The notes under the pieces were generated by a model. The model ran no database searches. It saw nothing but the letters and a program-made list of their open reading frames with translations, and was not told where the DNA came from. Position numbers and translations under genes: made by a program. 64,000 nt of DNA. Source: Owenia fusiformis (lineage: Eukaryota). Below are positions 38,401-57,703 of this stretch, in pieces (within the stretch, counting starts at the first letter, position 1; the number at the start of each line of letters is the position of its first letter). The stretch lies in the NCBI GenBank assembly GCA_903813345.2, contig CAIIXF020000001.1:24242001-24306000 (forward strand), written 5' to 3'.

Positions 38401-41400
38401 AGGTCAAATGTCAAATCTTAAGTCAAATCTTAGTCAGATTTGAATTTCTGACAACACGTAGATGATTTTGAAAAAAAAAATTAGTCAATTTGAAGCAAGT
38501 TGAAAACAGACCTTTTTGACCTTTTTTGACCTTGAGAAGGTCATTGAAGGTCAAATGTCAAATCTAAAGTCAGATTTGAAGGTCAAATGTCAAATCTAAA
38601 GTCAAATCTAAAGTCAGATTTGAATTTCTGAGAACATGTAGATGATTTTGAAAAAAAAATTAAGTAAATTTGAAGCAAGTTGAAAAAAGACCTTTTTGAC
38701 CTTGAGAAGGTCATTGAAGGTCAAATGTCAAATCTAAAGTCAGATTTGAACTTCTGAGAACATGTAGATGATTTAGAAAAAAATTGAAGTCAATCTAAAC
38801 AGTATTTGTTAAGTTATAGGAAGTTGTAAGAAATTGTTACAGACGCCGGACGCCAACCGCCGGACACCAACCGCCGGACGCCAACCGCCGTCGCAAAAAA
38901 CGGAGACCATAACAATATGTCACCACTTTTGGTGGTGACATAAAAACGATCATTTTGAGTGTAGGGCGTTCGCGCCTTTTTTAGTAACTTCGTATTAGAT
39001 TATAAAAGACTTCCGCCGAATTTCGTACAGAAGCGTGATTGACATTGTCATTGCATGTGCTAGTACATTTTCTCTGCGAATGAGCAGTTTTTCAGTAAAA
39101 AAATATTTTGTGTGAAAATATTGAAATTTATTGTAAAAACGACCTGCTCCCTAACATTGACCAAATCAGGCGATGACATCCCGTGATCATTGTGAACATT
39201 ATATAATAGCAATAACCTATTGTTTTCTCCCTTTTGGGAAAATTACACCAAAACAATTGACACCATTCTCAAGTAGCATCACGATAAGGCTCAGGCCTAT
39301 GATACCAAATCAAATAATCAGTATTTTGTGTTATCAGGAATCAAATTTAAATGATCAAAAATTTCATAAAAAATGGTGGCAATTTTGAATTCAGAGACCA
39401 TCTTGAATATTTCTTCTTGAGCAGGTCCTTTGTCCCTAAGGCTACATCATACAAAATTTGAGCCAAAGTAAAATGCTGGGTTCATCTTTACACAAAGAAA
39501 AATTTGGACCAAATTCAAAAACTGTTAATAGTACCCCACACACATTTTGGTTGCCTACTTCCATGTGCTAAGGTTTTCAAAATTGGCAAAGCCCCTGAAA
39601 GTTGAAAAGACTGACATACAACCGGACTGTCGAACAGACAGCTTCTTAATAAAAATACAATTTTACACTGTAAAGAGCTCCCAGAATTTTTTTTGTTTTT
39701 CACCTCCCCCCTCAGATTAACCCCTCAACAAACCATGAAACATATACCAGTAATTAACTTTGAATGGCCTAAGACTAAGCTTACTACATGGAAAAGCATA
39801 ATTGTATAAAATCATCTATACATTATTTTTATTGTTCGGTTTCAGTATAATGTTCACACTGTTCTTACAAATAGACAATATATATCTTTTTTTTATTTTT
39901 ATTCATATCATGACATATTAGTCACTAAGGTAGAGCAGTTCTTCCCATTGTCGAGTTGAAGAACTGGTATCTTTATCCTGGCTAGAACCATAGACAATTC
40001 TAGCCAGCCTTTTATCGAGTTAGCAGCACTCTAGTAATCGCCGGTATAGGTCAGCAGTCATAGGCCAAAGACAAATCACAAGAAGTGCTGTGACCTGGGT
40101 TTGAACCCAAGACCTCTACTTTTCAGCCTGAAGCCAGACTTCCTGCTTTTCAGACCAATGCCTTAACCACTAGGCCAACCCGGTGACCACAATACCAGAT
40201 CTAATGTCATTCAATCAACCCTAATGAAAAGATTTGCAATTTGTGGAAACAACTAAATTTTTTGATTTTTTGGGGATTTCACTGATATCCTGCCATAGCC
40301 CTAAAATGTATTTTGCTGGAACATTATTTTTTCAACAATGATACAAAATTCCCTGACATTTCCCTGACACATATACTGTTTCAAAATTCCCTGACATTTT
40401 TGGTCCTTTTTGACCCAATTTTAAAATTCCCTGACATTTCCAGCACCTGGAAAACTGCCGGACGTACGGATGAACAGACAGACGGACGTGCCTAGGCCGA
40501 CAATATGGCCCCACACTATGTGGTGGGGACATAAAAAGTCTTATATACACCCAAGTATGTCCCTCAAAACTCCCATCTTCAACTTTAAACAAGCTTATGA
40601 AAGTCAATCCAACCTTATTATTTACCAGATGGTATATAATAGATAAAATATAATATTTACCTAGTCTCTCCAGATGGTATAGCTTTCTGTTTCAGACCTT
40701 CATATGCCAAAGTAGGACGTGTGGATTCTCCTCTTCCATCTCGAGAGTAATAATAGTTTGTATTGAGTTTATGAGATACTCCTTGTGGTAACACAGGCAA
40801 GGGTGGGTCCCTGAAATGCATACCAAAAGCTTAAGCAAGTATCAACTTTTTAAAATGTTTTAAAATAAAACTACAAATCCTTTAAGACCCCGTGTAAGAT
40901 TTGAAAATATAGTTTAATCTTTCAAATATTACTTTTCATGACTTGAAAACTATATGAAACATTTTTTGAAAAATATGACTTTCGGAAAAAAGTTGTATGT
41001 TCATCTTATACAGTAATTTTCAAATATTTTTACCAATCGCCACCCAGAAATAGGGAGCGGCTATAACAATATGTTAGATATAATAAGCAGTGGTTTAAGC
41101 TTTACATGGGGCCTTTAAATGTTGCATGAAAATCTAACAAAATCCCCCATTAAAAAATACTGGGGAGACATTGACAATGGTTATGCATATAACTAGATTC
41201 ATTATTTATAGAGTGGTAATTTGAATAACCTACCTCACTGACTGTTCACCCTTAAACCTCAGAGGATTCTTCAAATTGTACCTCTAAAACACAAAGCAAA
41301 ATGGTATGTAGTTAATTTGAATGAAACTTGATGAAACAAAAGACGGAAACTATCAAACCTTATTTTCTGCAAAAGGAAATGATGAATTCTATGGGAGAAA

Positions 41401-42714
41401 TTAACTGTCATCTTGAAAATTTCTCAAACAGAGCTCATTTATCCCCTGGCATTAGAATATAAAGTTTGAACCAAATCTGTCAACTGGTACACCCCATACA
41501 GATCGCCTAAATTACATTTGTATGATGCGAGACTCAACATTCACCAGGAAAGTAGAATTATTTCGTCACCCATGAAGCAAATTAATTTTTTACTGCTTAA
41601 TAAATGGTCAAGGACATTGCAGTTGAGTTCTATAAGTATGAGAATTGCATGACGTCTTGATATTTCAAGGTAACTCATTCGAAAAGTGATGGCGGTGATC
41701 GAACTTACGATGTAAAGATAAAACCTTAATAAAATAATTCAGAGGTGTCACGGCTTCCCGATATTGATCCGAATTTCGGTCCAGATGTTTCGGTTTGGGA
41801 TACGGGACTGAAAGGGTTAATATCAGTTCGGTACATATATTCTTGGCCTAAAATGCATAAAAACGTGTATAAATAGAGAGGAACACCTCCAATCTTGTTC
41901 TGAAAAATTAATATATATAATATTTTTACTTACCTCGTACCTAGATTACACTTCTTGGCATTGTAAAGTGTTATTAACGGACCCGCAATTTTAGGTAGAT
42001 GGTAATGCTCATTCGTAAATTTCTTCATTGTCGTCCGCAAATCGAGTGCATTATCAGTACACCGGATGTAGGAAAGAAATTGAAAAATCGAGCCGGCATC
42101 TAAGTGGAAAAAGTCGGCAGTTTGGAAGTATTTTGGGATTCTGATATCACAAGGTAAACGGATTGGTGATAGTACACTGTGCAGACTATGTGAAATGCTG
42201 ATCACATTCACGGCAAATGCTTTATATTCGATTTTAATTGACGTTTTTTGATTTTGAAAAGTGAAACTGTCATCATCAGACATTGCATCATGTTTAATAT
42301 TCTGTCCCGTCCCGTCATGAAAGTACTGTTTCCCGAGACCATTTGTAGCGTTACGTACCGTACCCAAATTTTTTTGGACCGTGACACCTCTATGAAATAT
42401 TTGTAGATTTCTCCAAAGAACCAAGAAATATACATCACATACCGAATTTTTCAAAACAGAAAAAACAGTGCAGTTTTGAAAGAAAGATGGCTAAAGGCCA
42501 AGTCCGTGTTTTCGAAATATTTTAGGGAAAAATAGTCTAATTCAAAATCGAATATTATTACAATCTATCATACTTCATGAGGATTTGGACATGTAACATG
42601 CGTAATTTATATTTTCAAGTATAAATCAATGTGAAATTATTAAATAATACTAACTCCGAGGCAGACATGACGAATCCAACGAATAATCGGGGTCACTTCC
42701 CTGGGCGCAGCCAT
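32424..42714 (-). CDS. NDUFA7: NADH:ubiquinone oxidoreductase subunit A7 (B14.5a), 4 exons, 120 aa (absent from the ORF track)
   Basis: Exons 42714-42655, 41283-41234, 40810-40661, 32526-32424 give MAAPREVTPIIRWIRHVCLG/RYNLKNPLRFKGEQSVR/DPPLPVLPQGVSHKLNTNYYYSRDGRGESTRPTLAYEGLKQKAIPSGETS/AETSVATKESRPRIPGFGYNPDTDSAAYSKATL*. The PxLPxGxSHKLxxNYYxxRDGR signature is present and phases are consistent. Confidence 0.92.
32893..35100. mobile_element. Cluster of HINE (Helentron-associated) fragments in NDUFA7 intron 3
   Basis: aacaag starts (~32894, ~33105); 3' hairpins atcgtacctttttaggtacgat (~34438) and atgtcaccactttttggtggtgacat (~34565); core-repeat fragments related to the arrays at 23085 and 37430. 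Confidence 0.55.
35529..36526 (+). mobile_element. Tc1/mariner (DD37D/maT-like) internally deleted element with a transposase remnant
   Basis: TA|cagggtgtccaaaaaaaa..caggaccgtaagaaag long TIRs; degenerate WFQQ...HSPDLNPPNFYL*GFLK at ~36037-36200 resembles WPPRSPDLxPxDFFLWGYLK. Confidence 0.75.
37275..38946 (+). mobile_element. HINE-type element with about 10 tandem copies of a 125-180-bp core
   Basis: 5' aacaag..aaatgtcaccacc; anchor gtagatgatttt at 37430, 37555, 37713, 37849, 38027, 38163, 38311, 38458, 38638, ~38764; cgccggacgccaac microrepeat ~38845-38890; 3' hairpin atgtcaccac-ttttg-gtggtgacat 38917-38941. Confidence 0.8.
39890..40190 (-). mobile_element. Probable tRNA-derived SINE
   Basis: On the minus strand: A-box TGGCCTAGTGGTTAAGG, B-box GGTTCAAACCC and a downstream A-rich tail; no clean cloverleaf. 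Confidence 0.5.
41740..42392. mobile_element. hAT-like MITE in NDUFA7 intron 1
   Basis: agaggtgtcacgg (41741) inverted as ccgtgacacctct (42379-42391); no clean TSD. Confidence 0.5.
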
Positions 42715-42973
42715 CTTGTAAGCGCCAAATAAATTGAAACGATTTGATTGGTTGTTGAAAGAAATGTTTTTACCTTATTTAATGAAAAAACAATTCAATA
42801 TCTTCATATACTTTCTAAATCTTTATGATTTATAATGTAAAAATTAATAATTGGTATTAAAATGTAAATTTTGTATTTTATCAAATTGATGATCTAAAAA
42901 TTTGGTCCATTCAGTCCTGGGATGTATTGGAAGCCCTGCATGTGAACCCCACTTCTTTCTCTTTCCTACAAAC
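42707..42973. promoter_or_regulatory. Bidirectional promoter shared by NDUFA7 and RPS28
   Basis: Divergent ATGs at 42714 (-) and 42974 (+); YY1-like AAGATGGCTGC over the NDUFA7 start; CCAAT box (ATTGG 42747-42751); TCT/5'TOP pyrimidine tract cttctttctctttcct 42952-42967. Confidence 0.75.
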
Positions 42974-48950
<5,977 letters not shown>

Positions 48951-49863
48951 GTCACCAGTGAGTTATGCAGTAAATATTCTCAATAGGTAATATTAAGTGC
49001 TTCTTTTAAAATGTAGTCTAGATAATTTTTGAGACCGCATAATCATGGCAGCAGCTTTACATTATTAGTGTATATTTTCCAAAAAAGTATGAAATGAATT
49101 AATTGAAGTAAGGCATATTGTATGTGAACTTTATCACTGTACCTCCTCCCTGGGGATTAGTCGAATTTGTTGTTACATGGAACTCTGAAGCATTTTGTTA
49201 TAAGTAACATGGGCGATTAATGGGATTCTACTAACAATGTCTCTTACTCTGGCTTACTGGATCAAATAAATCAAAAATTGATGATGAATGAGAGGTTGGT
49301 GTGCAGAATGCCATTTAGTAAAATCTAGTAATAAAAAATCTTGACACTGTGGGTGACTGGGTGTAGTAGGTGTAATTAACATACATCAAGAAACTTAGTT
49401 TAGAGAACTTGAGGATATAGAGAAAATTGAAATTTAGACTTGTGAAATCTGCAAATTATATACGAAGTGAAATTCTGATTTTCTCAAAATTAACGAAATT
49501 AAAACTCTTCAGATTTAATTGGAGGTGCATTGTTTTTTCAATGGAAGGGTTTTCCTATGGGCTTGATTCATCATCAATACAATTCTTTAACTTCTGTTGA
49601 GTTTTTTTAAGGCTGTCCTCATAATAAAACCTAAATTGTGCCTAGTCTGATGTAATTATAAATTATAAATATCTAACATATTAAGTTTTATGTTAAGTTA
49701 AATTTTAAGTTCCAATGTTTAATATAATTGTTTATGACTATTTTATAGACTACTTTCTTGTATGTGAGTTAAATAAGTAGTGGAATATCTATTTATTAAT
49801 ATAAAATTTAAATTTTATTTAACAAATTTATTTTTTAGTTAAGAATTTTTATTTCTCTTTCAG

Positions 49864-50040
49864 GCCCACAGATTACCCATGGATCTTTTTATTGGAGATG
49901 AAACTATTTGCGTAATCGCATGAACGTTAAAAACAAAATAGACACTTGACTAAATTGGTTCTTGGAGTAAACTGTATCTAACTTTGCACAGCGACAATAA
50001 AAAAAACAAAAGAACGCAATAAAAGTTTTATGTTGCAAGT
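49864..50040 (+). other. RPS28: Probable non-coding last exon of RPS28
   Basis: Donor GTGAGT at 48958 just after the stop; acceptor tttctctttcag ending 49863; AATAAA at 49996 and 50018. Confidence 0.6.
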
Positions 50041-51154
50041 AGCTTGGATTATATGGTGATACAAGACTCGGTATTTTCAGGTTTGTCAAAGGATTGCGTC
50101 CATAAGACCTACTGATTTTCCGAAAATGCGCCCCCTCAAAAACTGCGTCCCTTAAAGATGCATTTTGCCATAGGTTTCTCCCCAAGACAATCAATGATGT
50201 CCTATTGTTATTGCTCATATAATATCTCACATTCCATGGATATATCTTGAGAATAACTTTTGGGTATTATTGCCGAAATATCGGAAATAATAAACAGAAC
50301 AACCAAACTCCAGAATTAAACACAATCGATTCCTCGACTATTGAGGGGAATCCCCATTGAGTCACACAAGCATCTTGAACCAGGGAGCCAATCAGGTTTA
50401 TGATAAACAAATTCAACGACCAATCAGATAACAGGACTTTCCCGGAATATTCAAACTTCAGATTGAATTAATTTCTTCTAAAATAATTAGATCGGCCAGT
50501 ACAATCGCAAAATTAACACTGAAAGAGGGGGATTTGGGACTTCTTCTTTGGTATATAGAAGGGTATATATGTGTTGAAACTCAATATGCAAAAAAGTCCA
50601 GAGGGGTCTTGATTGTGCTATCCTATGGCATAGAGCCTCTTTAATAAAATGTTCCCAGGAATGAATTCAAAATCACGTTTTTACAATGTATGTCATTGAA
50701 TGATACAGATACCATCACTTGTGAGGTATAACTTATATTCAACCATTAAACACACAATTTCTTTGCGTATTTCGAAGCAATTTGATTTTGATAGGTTAGA
50801 AACATCTTGTTTTAGGGGTAATCTGAGCGAGGTTCCATTTTTTGGTTCAGTTTCTTGCGCATTCTTAAGGTGCAGTGGTACTTAACAGCAAATAACAAAA
50901 CAGGAAGTAACAAAAAATGACATTTTTTGAACAAAGATAACAGAGGTCTATTTCGACCTCCAGTCAATTCAAATAGTTCCACATATCATTTACAGGACCA
51001 GTATCACAATGTCCATGGTCATAATGACCCTAAACATGATGAAATAATTTTTTCAGTCCGCTGAAAATGTGACTGAATGATAGCTTATAGTAGCCCCTCA
51101 GGAAAGGTCACTGAACAGAATCTTTTGAATTTTTCAGTAAATGTACCCAATATA

Positions 51155-51880
51155 CAGTGCGTATCAAAAATAATGCAGCAGATTGTTATCTCGGTAAAGC
51201 ACAAAACCAGTGATAACAGCATTGATTTCATTCAATGCACCATAAAGCCATGTGTCTCCCATTTACAATTATATATCATTCATTGATATTTGGTCATGGT
51301 TGGGCGAGTAATCATTCCATTTGCCAAATGGACCAAAATTAGCTTTGGACAAGTTACAAACATCGCAAAAGTCAGTGTAGGGAGCCCGATGCAATATTGG
51401 AAGAAAACAAAACCAATGCTGACTGCATCCTTTTCACTCAATGTACCAAAAAGCCAAATTACTCCTCTTTGCAATGGAATATCATTCATTCACAGGGAGT
51501 CATGGCTGGCCGAATAATCATTAATTTTGCAAAGGGGGCAAAATTCAGCTCGGACCCAAGTTTTAAACATTGCAAAAGTCAGTTCAAGGGGCTATTGGAA
51601 CGTGTGACAGGTGTGGCATAGACAGTAAAGTGTTCATACTCATAATCTCGCAAGAATACATCCTATACCCCTATAAATTGCCACCACTTCCTTGCACATA
51701 AAGATGCGCTCATCTGTCCAAGTCATGCATGGTTCAGCCCTGAGTCAAATGTGGGTTAAAGCAGAGAAAAGCAGCCCATGGGCAATTCTTTCTTGAGGTT
51801 TTGCAATCTGGTGGAGGAATCGTGAGCATAGATGCTCCTGAGATAGCTCCAAAAGAAAAAGTCACAACAATTCAAGTCCA
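51155..51880. mobile_element. Truncated Tc1/mariner-like MITE, an inverted copy of the family at 53587-56945
   Basis: TA|cagtgcgtatcaaaaa; the sequence mirrors 53840-54123, 54945-55055 and 56605-56945. Confidence 0.7.
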
Positions 51881-51889
51881 ACCTCTCAG

Positions 51890-53421
51890 AGAAAAAAAAC
51901 AGGAGTTTTTTTTTAAAAAAACAGGAGAATCCAGGAGATATTTTGCAAAAAACAGGAGAAAAACAGGAGACTTTTACTGAAAAAAACAGGAGAAAACAGG
52001 AGACTTCTTTTAAAAAACAGGAGAAAACAGGAGGTTTATTTTAGAAAACAAGTTACCATCTAAAAAACAGGAGATTTTCAGTCTAAACAGGAGATTTTCT
52101 TTAAAAACAGGAGAAAACAGGAGGTTTCTTTTAGAAAACAAGTTACCATCTAAAAAGCAGGAGAAAACAAGAGACTTCCAGTCTAAACAGGAGATTTTCT
52201 TTAAAAAACAGGAGAAAACAGGAGACTTCTTTTAAAAAACAGGAGAAAACAGGTTTCTTTTAGAAAACAAGTTACCATCTAAAAAATAGGAGAAAACAGG
52301 AGATTTTCAGTTTAAACAGGAGATTTTCTTTAAAAACAGGAGAAAACAATTTATTTTAAAAGCATGAGAAAACAGATTATCTTTAAAAACAGGAGAAAGC
52401 AGAAAACTTCAAAGAAAACACATGTTCTTATAAAAAATACTCTATTTATGGCCAGAAAATACTAATGGTGAAAGATATGATGGTCCAAAATCACTTGCAA
52501 TACCGGGTTGCAATCTATAGGCCTACTGCACATGGCTAGGTCCAGGATCAAGGAGGATTGGCTCCCAGAATGCAACATCGATACTCTGTCGATATTCTTG
52601 ATGTCATGATTCCAAAATTCGAATTCAAACAGCCGCTATTTTATTCACTTCAACATTTGTATCGTTAATATTGGTCTTATTTTCAAACGAAAATGCAGTT
52701 TGAATTCGAATTTTGTAGTCACGACATAGGGAGTATCGGTATCGATGTTGCATCCTGGGAGCCAATCCTCCTTGGTCCAGGATGGAAAAACCAAAAAGCT
52801 TACCGTAAATGTGACTGATAAATCTCAATCTTTGACAAACTTCAATGGTAAAATCATTCAAACTTATTTAACATGATTTCTCTTAATGTATATACATGCT
52901 TAATCTTAGGCTTACGCAATCGTGCATAAATAGACAAAATTATTCTTACCCCGTTTCACGGACATACTTGCGCAGATTCTTATCGCCCCCACTCAGGAGA
53001 TTATCTACGTAATACGCATGCGCTAGGATCGTAATAAAGGATGGATTCGCTCTTACTGATTAAAATTGTTGAGCGTGCGCTAATTTCCTTGTTGTTGATT
53101 GAACATTTATATTAGATTAACTTTGTTTTTCATGATTAGATGTCGCTGGAGTTAATTGACTTATATAGATACTGGAGACGATCGATGAGTACTCGGATTC
53201 AAGTTAAAAATCGGGAGGTAGGAGGAAAAAACGGGAGGACACAGACAAAATCGGGGGATTTTTACCTAAAACATGCGAAGTTTTTTGTAGAAATCGGGAG
53301 AAAAAATCGGGAGATGATGAAAAATTACAAAATTAGAAAATCGGGAGATGGCAAAATTGCGCAGGAGATGGGTTAAAAAAACAGGAATCTCCCGATTTAA
53401 ATCGGGAGTTGGCAACTGTGT
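51890..53421. repeat. AAAAACAGGAG / AAAATCGGGAG arrays ending in a hAT-like terminus
   Basis: Many aaaacaggag units at 51890-52420; aaatcgggag units at 53200-53410; end ...gggagttggcaactgtg. Confidence 0.6.
52549..52774. mobile_element. 226-bp MITE with 9-bp TSD
   Basis: gtccaggat|caaggaggattggctcccag..gcaacatcgatac ... gtatcgatgttgca..ctgggagccaatcctccttg|gtccaggat. Confidence 0.75.
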
Positions 53422-54132
53422 AACTGATACAATCTTCGAAATTTTAGAAAATCGTCTGATGTCGGTTTCTAGCCCAAAATATAACAGATGATGCATCGAT
53501 AACGGCAATCCAAATTGGAAATAAAGAAATGAAACTTAGCATATATGCAGACGATATGACACTATTTGTACGGGATAAAGGCTCTACAGGGCGTATAAAA
53601 AAATGCAACAAGTAGTTATCTCGTAAAATTCCAAATCTAGTGATGACTACATGAATTTCATTTGATGTACCATAAAGCCACGTCTCTCTTCTTTGCAATG
53701 ATATGTCATTCATTCACATGTGGTAATGGTTGGGTGAGAAATCCTTCCATTTGCACAGTGGGTCAAAATCGACTCTGGGGCAAATTTTAGATATTGCAAA
53801 AATCAGTGCAAGGGCTAAGTGCCAACGGAATTTCCCCTGACTTCAATTGTTGTGACTTTTTCTTTTGGAGCTATCTCAGGAGCATCTGTGCTCACAATTC
53901 TTCCACCAGATATTGCAAAACCTCAAGAAAGAATTGCCCATGGGCTACTTTTCTCTGCTTTAACCCACAGATGACTCAGGGCTGAACCATGCATGACGTG
54001 GACAGATGAGCGCATCTTTATGTGCAAGGAAGTGGTGGCAATTTGGAGGGGTATAGGATGTTTTCTTGCAAGAGTATGAGTATGAACACTTAACTGTCTA
54101 TGCCACATCTGTCATACCTTCTTCCAATAGCC

Positions 54133-54944
54133 TAGCCTTGCCCAAGTCGGTATTTTTTACTTATCTGATCTTGAATTATTACCGCCTTGTACAATCCAAT
54201 ACATCTCCGCTGCTATTATGCTGAGATATTCAACGGTTTCGAGATTTCCATAATACCTACGCTATCAGGGGTATCGCGAAACCTTATTGATTAACAGATA
54301 TAATACGCGTGGACACGACGTGTAACTTCAGGCTGATTGACCAATCAAAACGTTATCAGGTTGAGCTGCACAGCAAAGCAATCTTCCCGTCTACGACTTT
54401 AAATTCAATGATCTGATCGATCGTTTCTTTAGAGTTACAATATATTATGTAATTAAATGTACACAGGGAATGTAAGAGTCATTAATATAAATTAAATCAT
54501 GCAATAGATTTAAAACTGATCTCGCGATGAAAATGCAAGACCTAGTCCAATGTAGCGGGTCATGTAGTCGTCGATCAGTGATTGAATCTCAGCCTACATG
54601 TTCATTTGAATTCAGCGATCGTTTCAACGTTTATTGTTGAAATTTTCTAACCTACAGTTACCGATCGATGTCTAGCATCCACTTAACTCTGATTGATATT
54701 TATCTGATAAAATATTTGTATTTTCATGATGAATTCATGCAAGATTTGTTCGTGAAAAGTCCCGACGAAAAGTGTACTTGTTTTTGACCGTGCATAATAA
54801 TGAGCTAGCGCTGCAGGGCCGTCGTTGATTGGTCAAATTTTACCGACATAAACATTGAGTCGGTAAAGCACGTGGCTTTCTCTTTTGTACAAGGCGGTCA
54901 TAATAGAAATCAGATAGTAAAAGAGACCGACTTGGGCAAGGCTA
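54133..54944. mobile_element. AcademH-like non-autonomous element, TAG..CTA ends, 9-bp TSD
   Basis: ccaatagcc|tagccttgcccaagtcggt ... accgacttgggcaaggcta|ccaatagcc. Confidence 0.8.
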
Positions 54945-55056
54945 CCAATAGCCCCTATGCCCCTTGTACTGACTTTTGCAATGTTTAAAACTTGGGTCCG
55001 AGCTGAATTTTGCCCCACTTTGCAAAATTAATGATTATTCGGCCACCCATGACTCT

Positions 55057-56594
55057 GTTTTTTTTTAAATAGTGCATATAATACTATACAGAAATATACA
55101 TGATATAAAAGGATATAGGATTCAGAGATAAACATTTATTTGAGGATTGATGAAAGCCATTTAAAAAAAAGAAGTTCACTATCAATCCTTAAAAATATAT
55201 GTTTATAATATAAAATATTTCTACATATCACTAAGTTTAGATCAATATTTTTCAATTTCTTCTGACAATTCACACCACTTGGTGTAAATTGCTAAACAGA
55301 TTATTGTAATAAGAATGTTTCTGAAGGGGGTTATGTTGCTTCCTAAAGGCCAACCAATGATTAAATGTTTATATTTGATATGACATTTTAGAATCTGACT
55401 AAATTTTTCCCATATTGGGGTGACCTTTTTACATTCAAAAAGCAAATGTTTTGAAGTATGTCTGCATTTACAAATGCAGCAAGAACTTTGAATATTACTG
55501 TTCCACTTCGAAATCATATCTCCACAAGCAAGTAAATTGTTTAAAATCTTATAATTAAATTCTGCAAAGTATCTATAGTTAAGGTTTATAGTTTTTTGAA
55601 GGTAAATATTGTTCCAGATTTTCTTATCTTGAATATTAAATTCTTTGTTCCATTTAAACTGATTTATGTTTTTTTCAAATTTGAAGTTAATTAATTCATT
55701 GTAAAAGAATTTTGCTTTCTTATCAATTAAATCAACATATCTGTTTCCGATAAAGAATGTCTTTCTGTTTTTAAAAGTATTTAGGTATTTGAGTTTTGTT
55801 TTGTCAAAATTTTTACACAAAGACATTATTACTTTTTTAATTACACTCAACTCAGAGATCCAGTTTCTCTTCTTTTTAAGTGATTCAAGAAAAATATCTG
55901 AACTTTTAAAATTGCCATCATTCTCAAAAAAATCTTTGATTATGATAAAACCGGATTCAATCCAATTTTTGAAGTATAAGATATCATTTTTTATTAGATA
56001 TATTTTATTTAACCATAATATTTCATTAATAACATCAGATTTGTTTATTTCCTTAATATTTGAAAAGGTTTTGCATTCATTGAAGCTGCAAAACACATCC
56101 TCGTAAAATGTGGTAAATAGATTAAGTTTCTGTATCTGCTTTTTATCAAAATTACTGTGTAAAAATGTTATCAAGCTCAGTCCTGTTTTTTCTATAAGAT
56201 ATTTTGGGAAATGTTGCCAGGATGTTTCACTTGTGATAATTCTATTTACCCACGTTGCCTTTAAACTTTTAATTTTCGATTTTCCGATCACAGTCTTCCT
56301 TTTAATTTTGTCTTGGCCATTCCATAAGAAATTAAAAGTTAGTTTATCAATTTGCTTAATGATTTCATCATTTACTTCCAGGCAACTAAAATTGAAAACG
56401 AACTTAGAAATTGCTAGTGAATTTATGACTTGTACCTTCCCATATAATGTTAGTTTTCTCAGTTTCCATATTTGGAGTTTTTTTTTTTAATTAATTAATT
56501 TAGAATCCCAATTAAGACTATGGCATGACTGTTTATCCCCACCAATGAAAATTCCTAAGACTTTTATTGGATTTTTTGAAAATGTTATACCACT
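55057..56594 (-). mobile_element. 5'-truncated L1/Tx1-clade LINE (ORF2 C-terminal part)
   Basis: 349-aa ORF 55242-56291 with LWLNKIY..YFKNWIESGF, FNYKILNNLL and zinc knuckle CCICKCRHTSKHLLFEC; T-run tail on + at ~55058; tgactct on both sides. Confidence 0.8.
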
Positions 56595-57703
56595 GACTCT
56601 CTATTAATGAATGATATTCCATTGCAAAGAGGAGTAATTTGGCTTTTTGGTACATTGAATGAAAAGGATGCAGTCAGCATTGGTTTTATGTTTTCTTCCA
56701 ATTTTGCATCGGGCTCCGTACACTGACTTTTGCGATGTTTATAACTTGGTCAAAAGCTAGTTTTGGCTTACTTGGCAAATGGAATGATTACTCGTCCAAC
56801 CATGACCAAATATCAATGAATGATATATCATTGTAAAGAGGAGACACGTGGCTTTATGGTGCATTGAATGAAATCAATGTTGCTATCACTGGTTTTGTGC
56901 TTTTCCGAGATAACAATCTGTTGCGTTTTTTTTTGATACGCACTGTATATTGCAATCTATGAAAGTACTTGATAACTACAAAAATGCAGTGGCCTAAAAA
57001 CAGATTTTGATAAAACAGAATTATATATACAATTTGAAGGTTTGGAACATTGAACAATTGAAACAAGTTCAAGAAATTAAAATTGGAGTGTATTTTAATT
57101 ATGATAGAAAATTGAAAGCAGAGAAAATTTTTAGATAGACAATTAATCACCTTAAGCAGGTATTGAGCCTATGGCAAAGTAGAAACCTGACAATATTAGG
57201 TAAAATACAAATTGTAAAAACTTTTGGACTGTCAAAATTTAGTTTTATTAGTTCAGTTATTGAGACAGATGACTGTTATGTGAAAGAAATAAACAGAATT
57301 ATTTACAAATTTATTTGGAATGGAAACGACAAAATAAAAAGAAAAGCTATCATTTCAACAATTAAAAAGGGAGGACACAACATGAGTGATTTAAAAACAC
57401 AAATACAAACCTCTCAACTACGATGGGCCCAGAAGTTTTTGAAAGATAACAAAAATCAATCACAATGGACAATTATTCCAAATCATTATCTCCAAAATAT
57501 ACTGATTAGGAAACCAAGTAAAACTGTGTTGGACGAAATAATGTGGAATAATAAGAACATTTTCATTAGAAATAAATCAATATTTTGGAAGGAATTTTAT
57601 GATAAAGGCTTTGTAAGAACAGACGAATCAATGATGTCGTTATGAATGGAAGGGTAAAATCATGGAACAAAGTCAAAATGCAAACTGGACTACCGAATAC
57701 ATA

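Larger units (their letters stand above)
53587..56945. mobile_element. Tc1/mariner-like MITE (TA TSD) inserted in the LINE RT, itself hosting two insertions
   Basis: TA|cagggcgtataaaaaaatgcaacaag..ttatctcg ... cgagataacaatctgttgcg..gatacgcactg|TA; removing it restores the LINE reading frame. Confidence 0.75.

Noticed and set aside
40085-40190. tRNA gene on the minus strand
   Set aside because: A and B boxes are present, but the spacing is long and there is no coherent cloverleaf; better explained as a SINE head
41930-42454. 174-aa minus-strand ORF with a GTAAGT donor, as a possible NDUFA7 first exon
   Set aside because: It lies largely within a MITE, splicing to the next candidate exon hits a stop, and the true exon 1 (42714-42655) fits the NDUFA7 sequence and phase
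51155-56945. A single 5.8-kb Tc1 element with ~700-bp TIRs
   Set aside because: A separate left TIR at 53587 pairs with 56945 and its removal restores the LINE frame, so 51155-51880 is an independent inverted copy
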